Origin: an uncultured virus (IMG/VR IMGVR_UViG_3300020220_000032)
Taxonomy: Duplodnaviria; Heunggongvirae; Uroviricota; Caudoviricetes
Strand: one strand, 5' to 3'
IMG/VR virus record: IMGVR_UViG_3300020220_000032
Span: 1 to 64,000 of that record
DNA length: 64,000 nt
The position numbers and the translations under genes are program-made. The notes under the pieces were generated by a model. It was given only the letters and a program-made list of their open reading frames with translations. It made no database searches and had not been told where the DNA came from. This document shows positions 58,161 to 64,000 of the stretch, piece by piece; the first letter of the stretch is position 1, and the number at the start of each line of letters is the position of its first letter.

Positions 58161-58477
58161 AAATTTCTCCGTTTTCTTTTTGGTGGTTCATCAATAATAT
58201 CTTGCTCATCGTAATCTGAATAGTATTCATCACCTTCTCCATTTTCTATCTTTGTAAATTTGTTTGCAAATTGTTCTGATGCTACTGAAAAAAGACTACC
58301 AACTACTATGTAAAGAAAACCATCGAATATAAATTGTTCAACTTTCTTATCATAAAAGGTTGATACTATTGCCATAAATATCATAACACCAAAAGAAAAA
58401 AACATCATCACACGCTTGGATGATATTCTACCACTAAAACCACTAAAAGTTTGAGCAACTGGATTAAGTTTATTCAA
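58157..58477 (-). CDS. Small two-TM membrane protein (holin-like topology)
   Basis: SSKRV followed by two TM helices and a charged tail. Confidence 0.55.
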   Translation of the reverse strand: MNKLNPVAQTFSGFSGRISSKRVMMFFSFGVMIFMAIVSTFYDKKVEQFIFDGFLYIVVGSLFSVASEQFANKFTKIENGEGDEYYSDYDEQDIIDEPPKRKRRNL

Positions 58478-59087
58478 CTCTTTCTCCTAAATCCTTTTCT
58501 AACTTTTCAATAAAGTTCTTTCTAAACTCTGCAAATTCATTTTCTATTTTTTCTAACATTTCTTCTTTGTTGAATGGAGTTTTCCATTTTTCAGTATCAC
58601 CAAAATCATTTGAAAATTCCATGTTTGATAATTCGTTTGCAACTGCATCCTTGTCTTTTTCAGCTTCTGCTAACCAAGCCATTGCGTTTTCTTTCAATTT
58701 TCTTTTTTCATATTCATCCCACTTACCTTCCAATCGAATTTTGTGTTCCATTTCAACTACACAATCAAAACACATTCCATGAATGCGACGCATTTTTTCA
58801 TCTATCTTTTTTGGAAACATACATACACAATTTTCTTTTCTACAATTTGGAAAAGTATTTAAGTAATTATGTAACTCTTGTTGCCATTCTTTCCCAAGTT
58901 TTACTTTATACCCATTCTTTTGTTCCCACTCATTTCCATCTTCATCGAACCACTTGTCACCAATTTTGCGGGATATTTTATCTTCTGAATTATCTCCAAT
59001 ATAACCTACCGCAATTTTGTTTTGACTTTCGTGTTCTCCCGCAAGAAGTTTTTTTACATCATTCAAATTATCAATTTTAATGTCCAT
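58470..59087 (-). CDS. Hypothetical protein with a Cys cluster (probable start MDIKID at 59087)
   Basis: CRKENCVC...HGMCFDC; GDKWFDEDGNEWEQKNG. Confidence 0.65.
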   Translation of the reverse strand: MDIKIDNLNDVKKLLAGEHESQNKIAVGYIGDNSEDKISRKIGDKWFDEDGNEWEQKNGYKVKLGKEWQQELHNYLNTFPNCRKENCVCMFPKKIDEKMRRIHGMCFDCVVEMEHKIRLEGKWDEYEKRKLKENAMAWLAEAEKDKDAVANELSNMEFSNDFGDTEKWKTPFNKEEMLEKIENEFAEFRKNFIEKLEKDLGERVE

Positions 59088-59098
59088 AACATAACCTT

Positions 59099-59842
59099 TT
59101 ACTTTATTATTTCGTTGTAAACTTTGTTCCAAAATTTTCTTGTTATCATGTGGATTGGTCTTAAACCATTTTTATCGGATTTTACTTCTTTCATTTTTCC
59201 ACGTTTTGTATTGAACTTGGAAACAACCATATTGAATATCTCAACATCAAACCAACCAAATATAGAAATAAAACGAGACTTTAATTCAGCTAATTTAGCA
59301 CTTCTATCAGCCAAAGCAGAAAAAATACTTTTTTGTGTCATCTCGCCAAAACTTGGAATATTGTAACGAACATGATTAACAATCATATAATATACATACG
59401 GATTTTGAATATCTTTGTATGCCAATTGACTACTACCATTCCAACACATCAATCTTTTGTAATCCTTCAACTTTGATACATCGTCTTTATCAACCGCATA
59501 AATTACAATGGTGCTATCGTTATCAAATTGTTCGATAACATCTGTTGCATGAAATGGTGTATTTGATTTCATAATCCGCTTAACATTATGACGACGCATA
59601 ATTGCAGACTTTTCATCAAATGTTAGTGGTTTTTCTATTGGATCAGTGGTATCGTCTGTAACAATATAAACATTTTCTTTATCAAACTTACGGCAAATTC
59701 TATCATATTCTTCTCTATGATATATTGCCATCGGTTGAAATTTACCAGGATAAATTACAAGAACATCCTTATCTACCAAATCATTTTCATTGAATATGGC
59801 AAGGTTCATTTCCTTAATCAATTTTGTAATTTTGTTATTCAT
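59099..59842 (-). CDS. Cytidylyltransferase-like (HIGH/Rossmann) protein with a degenerate motif
   Basis: VIYPGKFQPMAIYH, PLTFDEK, YAVDKDD. Confidence 0.6.
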   Translation of the reverse strand: MNNKITKLIKEMNLAIFNENDLVDKDVLVIYPGKFQPMAIYHREEYDRICRKFDKENVYIVTDDTTDPIEKPLTFDEKSAIMRRHNVKRIMKSNTPFHATDVIEQFDNDSTIVIYAVDKDDVSKLKDYKRLMCWNGSSQLAYKDIQNPYVYYMIVNHVRYNIPSFGEMTQKSIFSALADRSAKLAELKSRFISIFGWFDVEIFNMVVSKFNTKRGKMKEVKSDKNGLRPIHMITRKFWNKVYNEIIK

Positions 59843-60296
59843 TTTCTGTTCCAGGTTTTACAGGCCAAGATATATTGAAAACATCAACTTGTAAAGTTAT
59901 ATCTCGTAGTAACTGACGATATAATTTCCATTCTTCTTTTTGTTCGTCTGTAAAAGGACTGTCAAGAACTTGTGTCCAATCACTTTCCATCAATTGTATA
60001 TTCCTACGAGCACGAACATTACCCCATTGGTTATCTATTTCGTTTTGTATATCTTGTTCTGATTTTTTTCTTACAGTTTGATATTCAACAACTTCGTTTT
60101 CTTCAACAGAAAAATAAGAACCATCAATAATATCATCCACATCTTTTTGAGCTTCAACAAAACGATACGGATACCAACCATAAGTTTTCAGAGTTTCAAC
60201 ATCAAACAAATGAAAGTTTGAAACATTTGCCCAAATAATAGGTAATGGTCTATTACTTTCTTTAACTATACCATTTTCTACAAATGCATATCTCAT
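59835..60296 (-). CDS. Tail fibre assembly chaperone-like protein
   Basis: VRARRNIQLMESDWTQVLDSP...WKLYRQLLRDIT...WPVKP. Confidence 0.8.
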   Translation of the reverse strand: MRYAFVENGIVKESNRPLPIIWANVSNFHLFDVETLKTYGWYPYRFVEAQKDVDDIIDGSYFSVEENEVVEYQTVRKKSEQDIQNEIDNQWGNVRARRNIQLMESDWTQVLDSPFTDEQKEEWKLYRQLLRDITLQVDVFNISWPVKPGTENE

Positions 60297-60339
60297 TGGA
60301 AATTCCTTTGTTCATTAAATATCATATCAATAAATATGA

Positions 60340-61125
60340 TTACTGAATTAAATTCCACAATTTCTTCCAATCAATATAAGGATCTAATTGTCTTTCATAA
60401 CCCATATGAAGAGCAAGTGACGGTATTGGTGTAAATAACTTCACTTCCCAACGCCAAATATGATTGATAGTAGTTCCTTCTTGTATTTCATTTGCCTCAC
60501 CCCACTCTGTCATGTATTCAGTTGCACAAGTATAAAATCTACTCCAGAACTTACGGACTATTTCAGGATTACACATAAAAGTAAATGTTGAATACTTGTT
60601 TGTTCTCCAATGTCTATCTCTACCGAGAACAACGCGAGTTTCATCAATAAACTTTGGTAAGTAATTATCTGGATCATCGTATGGGTGAATGGCAACTTCT
60701 GTTCCTAAATTCGTTTTGAAACGAATGTAAGCGTCCACCATATCAAGTATTGCATTCGGATAATGTAGGTAATCATCTTCCACAAAATAAACTAAATCGG
60801 CAGTAGATGAACGACCTCTATCAAATTGTGCATGTCCAGATGCATTCCATCCACGCAATTCTAATGGGTTAAACTCATATGTGTGTTTAGATGTTTTGAA
60901 AATGTCATGTAACCCATCGATCAATTTTTGTGATGAATGGTCATCAAACCAAACAAAGTGAATCTTTCCATCATATTGTTCTGCAGACTGAATCAATGAC
61001 TTAATACACTTAATAACCAATGTAGTTTTATCAACACCACAATATCTTGGTGTTGGATTAGCATGAATATCTATGAAACTATGTGTCCGTAGAACAATAT
61101 CTATGCTCAATCTATTGGAATCCAT
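60340..61125 (-). CDS. GT-A fold glycosyltransferase (GT2-like)
   Basis: FDDHSS, YFVEDDYLH (ExD/DxD), PIPSLALH. Confidence 0.75.
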   Translation of the reverse strand: MDSNRLSIDIVLRTHSFIDIHANPTPRYCGVDKTTLVIKCIKSLIQSAEQYDGKIHFVWFDDHSSQKLIDGLHDIFKTSKHTYEFNPLELRGWNASGHAQFDRGRSSTADLVYFVEDDYLHYPNAILDMVDAYIRFKTNLGTEVAIHPYDDPDNYLPKFIDETRVVLGRDRHWRTNKYSTFTFMCNPEIVRKFWSRFYTCATEYMTEWGEANEIQEGTTINHIWRWEVKLFTPIPSLALHMGYERQLDPYIDWKKLWNLIQ

Positions 61126-62129
61126 TATTTTGCATATCCTTCTGCTAATTTTGTAAGTTCTTCACGTATTTTTTGGAAAGGAGCTTCCCATTCACCATAT
61201 TTTTCTTGTCTGAACAGTCTAACAGTATCATACCAACGAGAAGTATTACCTGGAACAACCCACGAATAGTAAGGCATGATTGGCGTAACAATCCATGTGG
61301 GTTTACCCATAGCACCTGCAAGATGTGCAATTGACGTGCATGATGTAATGATAACATCGCAACCTGCAATAATGTTAGCAGTTTCATCCCAAGACTTCAT
61401 TTGTTCACGCATATCACCAAATGGAAGACCATCAACTAGATTTTCGTCACGCTGAAGTGAATAGAGTGTTGTATTTGGAATATCATGTAGGTTTATCATC
61501 AATTCTGGTGGAAATCTTCGGTGTTGTTCATCTTCAAATTCAGGAGAACCACTCCAACGAATACCAACTTTAAGATGATTTGGTTTTGAAAACAATTTTC
61601 TTGGTTCAGTTGGAAAAATAAACGGTGAACCGTCTAAATCTTCGTATTCCATACCCAAAACATAAGCGGCAGACATAGCCGGAACCCAATAATCATAGTG
61701 TGCACACATAATTACTTCATTGTCTACACAAATAAAACCGTGACGAGAGAATAATGCCTTTAATTCTGGTGCACAAGACACCAAAACTCTTGCACCCATC
61801 TCCTCAAATCTCTTAGCAAAACGAAAATTAAGAATTTGGTCTCCATAACCACCTTCACAACGGAAAAGAAGTGTTTTGCCCTCAAGCGGTTCATCTTTCC
61901 ATATGTTTCCTGGCAATGCAGGAAGACCAAAGACATCAATGAAACGACCATAATTGAAATGTTCAAATGCTTTTTGCATATTACCCTTACGCATTTCGTG
62001 CCATCCTAAATTAAAAAGAACACGATAGTCATTTTGAGGTTGGTCTCTCAATATCTCCTCACTTCTTTCGGGTGCACCGTTAATGGCATAGGAAAGTGCT
62101 TCATCAAGTGGATGAATTTTTTGTTCCAT
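61125..62129 (-). CDS. TPR + GT-B (GT9-like) glycosyltransferase
   Basis: Short TPR, EGGYGDQILNFRFA, VGIRWSGSP, DVIITSCTSIAHLAGAMGKPTW, WYDTVRLFRQ. Confidence 0.85.
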   Translation of the reverse strand: MEQKIHPLDEALSYAINGAPERSEEILRDQPQNDYRVLFNLGWHEMRKGNMQKAFEHFNYGRFIDVFGLPALPGNIWKDEPLEGKTLLFRCEGGYGDQILNFRFAKRFEEMGARVLVSCAPELKALFSRHGFICVDNEVIMCAHYDYWVPAMSAAYVLGMEYEDLDGSPFIFPTEPRKLFSKPNHLKVGIRWSGSPEFEDEQHRRFPPELMINLHDIPNTTLYSLQRDENLVDGLPFGDMREQMKSWDETANIIAGCDVIITSCTSIAHLAGAMGKPTWIVTPIMPYYSWVVPGNTSRWYDTVRLFRQEKYGEWEAPFQKIREELTKLAEGYAK

Positions 62130-62162
62130 AACATATAACCTTTTTATTCTTCAAAAGTATAA

Positions 62163-62194
62163 CAAATATACGAATAATTTACAATATAAACAAA
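62163..62194 (-). promoter_or_regulatory. Bacteroidota-type promoter TTTG-N20-TATATTTG
   Basis: Exact match to the -33 TTTG / -7 TAnnTTTG consensus upstream of the TPR-GT gene. Confidence 0.65.
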
Positions 62195-62206
62195 CTTTAT
62201 TTTTAA

Positions 62207-64000
62207 TTAGTATCTTTTTATACCAACAAAATGAAATCCCTTAGCACTAAAATCAACCCAAGTTGTTTCATTACCAATTTGAACTGGCGATGACCTCGCA
62301 ATAACTGTTCCGTCACCTAAATTACCGGATGTGTTTGATCCCCATAACCAAAGTGTTCCATCTGTTTTTTGTGCAATGAATTGTCCACCTGTACTTATTG
62401 CTGCCTCTACCCTTTGCCAATTTGTATCGATACCAAGTTGAACTGGAGAACTACGATTTATTGCCCTATTAGTTTCAAATCCAGGTTCACCGGATTGATT
62501 GGCAGCTCCAGTAGTTAATATGTATCCATTATTTTGAAGTAATACTGTATGTTGTTCACCTATACTGGCAGAAACCCATGATGATAAAGTGCCAACTTGA
62601 ACAGGACTACTACGATTTATAGTGTCACCTAATCCAAGCATAGCGTTTGCGTTCCTTCCCCATGCCCATAGAGTTCCATTTGTTTTTATTGCCATTGTAG
62701 AACTACCACCAACTGCACCGGATGCCCAATTTGTTTCAGTTCCTATTTGAACTGGACTACTACGGTTTGCTAAATCATTCAGTCCAAGTTGTCCTGTATT
62801 ATTGAGTCCCCATGCCCAAAGAGTTCCATCTGATCTAACTGCAATCATATGAAAGGTTTGCATTAATGGGAGACCACCACCACCTTCACTAATAAATGAC
62901 CATGTTCTAGTTCCTATTTGCACTGGAGAAAGCGTAAAAGTAGTAGTTCCATCGCCATGGGCTCCGTATGAGTTTATTCCCCATGCCCATAGAGTTCCAT
63001 CCGTCTTTAATGCAAATGCCTCTGCGAATAGTGATGAAACTTGAGACCAATTACTCAAAGTTCCAACTTGAACTGGACTGGATCTATTGTTGCTTGTACC
63101 ATCACCGGTAGCAAAGTACCCCCAACCCCAAAGTGTACCGTTTGTTTTAACAGCATGAGAATGTAAATATCCAGAAGAAACTTGTGACCAATTACTCAAA
63201 GTTCCAACTTGAACTGGACTAGATCTCCATATATCATCGTTTTGTCCTAAAGAACCAAAAATATTCGCGCCCCATGACCATAACGTATTATCATTACGGA
63301 CTGCTAATGTATGTAGATGATCTCCCCTTGATACATTATTCCAAATTCTAGTTCCAATTTGTGTTGGACTACTACGTGAAATGCCATCATTATGACCAAG
63401 TACACCACCTGAGTTTGATCCCCAGGACCAAAGAGTTCCGTCATATGCTATCGCAAGTGAAGCTTCATCTCCGGTAGTAATACTTGTAAAAGTAGTATAA
63501 GTATCTACATAATTAGGTCTACTGCGGTCTCTAAGCAATCCCAATTGACCATTATCATTATTACCCCATGTCCAAAGAGTTCCATCGCCCCTAACTGCCA
63601 TAGTCATAGAAAGACCCGCCGCAACATCTGTCCATGTTCTAGTTCCAACTTGAACGGGCGATGATTTACTTACTACGGTTACATCGCCCAATTGTCCAGT
63701 TCCATTATTACCCCATGTCCAAAGAGTGGCATCGGAACGAATAGCGGCTGAATGAATTGCACCGGCGGAAACGGTTGTCCATGTTCGTGTTCCAATTTGA
63801 ACGGGCGATGATTTACTCGTCTGGATTCCATCGCCCAATTGACCAAAAACATTAAAACCCCAACCCCAAAGCGTTCCATCTGTTTTTATAGCCATTGTAT
63901 GTGAACGACCTGCAGAAACATCTTTCCAATTAGTTAGAGTTCCAATTTGAACTGGGCTACTTCTATTTGTTGTATTACTTAATCCAAGTTGCCCTGCACC
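62207..64000 (-). CDS. RCC1/BLIP-II repeat beta-propeller protein, 5'-truncated (probable tail/receptor-binding protein)
   Basis: More than 10 ~50-aa repeats (AIKTDGTLWxWGxNxxGQLG...RSSPVQIGT..W); frame stays open beyond 63895 to the window end. Confidence 0.92.
   Translation of the reverse strand, partial: GAGQLGLSNTTNRSSPVQIGTLTNWKDVSAGRSHTMAIKTDGTLWGWGFNVFGQLGDGIQTSKSSPVQIGTRTWTTVSAGAIHSAAIRSDATLWTWGNNGTGQLGDVTVVSKSSPVQVGTRTWTDVAAGLSMTMAVRGDGTLWTWGNNDNGQLGLLRDRSRPNYVDTYTTFTSITTGDEASLAIAYDGTLWSWGSNSGGVLGHNDGISRSSPTQIGTRIWNNVSRGDHLHTLAVRNDNTLWSWGANIFGSLGQNDDIWRSSPVQVGTLSNWSQVSSGYLHSHAVKTNGTLWGWGYFATGDGTSNNRSSPVQVGTLSNWSQVSSLFAEAFALKTDGTLWAWGINSYGAHGDGTTTFTLSPVQIGTRTWSFISEGGGGLPLMQTFHMIAVRSDGTLWAWGLNNTGQLGLNDLANRSSPVQIGTETNWASGAVGGSSTMAIKTNGTLWAWGRNANAMLGLGDTINRSSPVQVGTLSSWVSASIGEQHTVLLQNNGYILTTGAANQSGEPGFETNRAINRSSPVQLGIDTNWQRVEAAISTGGQFIAQKTDGTLWLWGSNTSGNLGDGTVIARSSPVQIGNETTWVDFSAKGFHFVGIKRY

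Larger units (their letters stand above)
534..60337 (-). promoter_or_regulatory. Dispersed late-promoter-like motif ATA(T/C)TTAT on the sense strand, about 21 intergenic copies
   Basis: Plus-strand ATAA(A/G)TA(T/G) at 534, 5498, 9435, 13916, 16420, 16871, 21187, 28761, 33079, 34224, 34820, 37357, 37716, 41838, 43249, 44397, 47302, 51857, 53771, 56443 and 60330, each upstream of a minus-strand gene start. Confidence 0.75.

Noticed and set aside
340..59366. All plus-strand ORFs in the track (e.g. 29629-30222, 42648-43208, 58574-59080)
   Set aside because: They are antisense shadows of long minus-strand genes, with no recognisable motifs and biased Ser/Phe/Ile composition.
1..64000. Genome-wide stop-codon reassignment
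   Set aside because: Core genes are intact in code 11, and TGA (ATGA overlaps at 11873, 16065, 55378) and TAG are used as real stops.
1..64000. tRNA/rRNA genes, introns, inteins, homing endonucleases
   Set aside because: Intergenic gaps are short and show no cloverleaf by eye. RNR, helicase, RecA and terminase have uninterrupted normal lengths. A covariance-model scan was not run.

Overview
A 64-kb, AT-rich segment of a large T4-superfamily (distant, 'Far-T4'/bS21-phage-like) contractile-tailed phage. Every credible gene is on the minus strand, and the standard genetic code fits. In transcription order (right to left) the window holds: a partial RCC1-repeat protein; a TPR-glycosyltransferase/GT2 pair; a tail-fibre chaperone; small basic and membrane proteins; large terminase, portal, prohead proteins and protease; ribosomal protein bS21; an ADP-ribosyltransferase; scaffold and major capsid protein; a GAF-domain holin-like gene; PhoH; neck, sheath and tube; tail chaperone and tape measure; a 2,488-aa repeat-rich baseplate/tube-initiator protein and other baseplate genes; a minimal family-A polymerase; SSB, RecA, 5' exonuclease and helicase; class II RNR; Hsp20; and thioredoxin, a PLP enzyme and dUTPase. 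The main signals outside the ORF track are: (i) a T7 slippery run giving a +1/-2 frameshift extension of the tail chaperone; (ii) about 21 copies of a sense-strand ATA(T/C)TTAT late-promoter-like motif, some inside hairpins; (iii) Bacteroidota-type TTG-N20-TAnnTTTG promoters alongside strong Shine-Dalgarno sites and a phage bS21 apparently lacking the anti-SD-occluding Tyr, which suggests a ribosome-reprogramming module (bS21 + ART + 42-aa micro-ORF); (iv) a shared 'LKxLLxE' leader on several unrelated enzymes, which suggests a capsid-loaded effector set. All protein family calls come from motif recognition by eye; no database searches were run.
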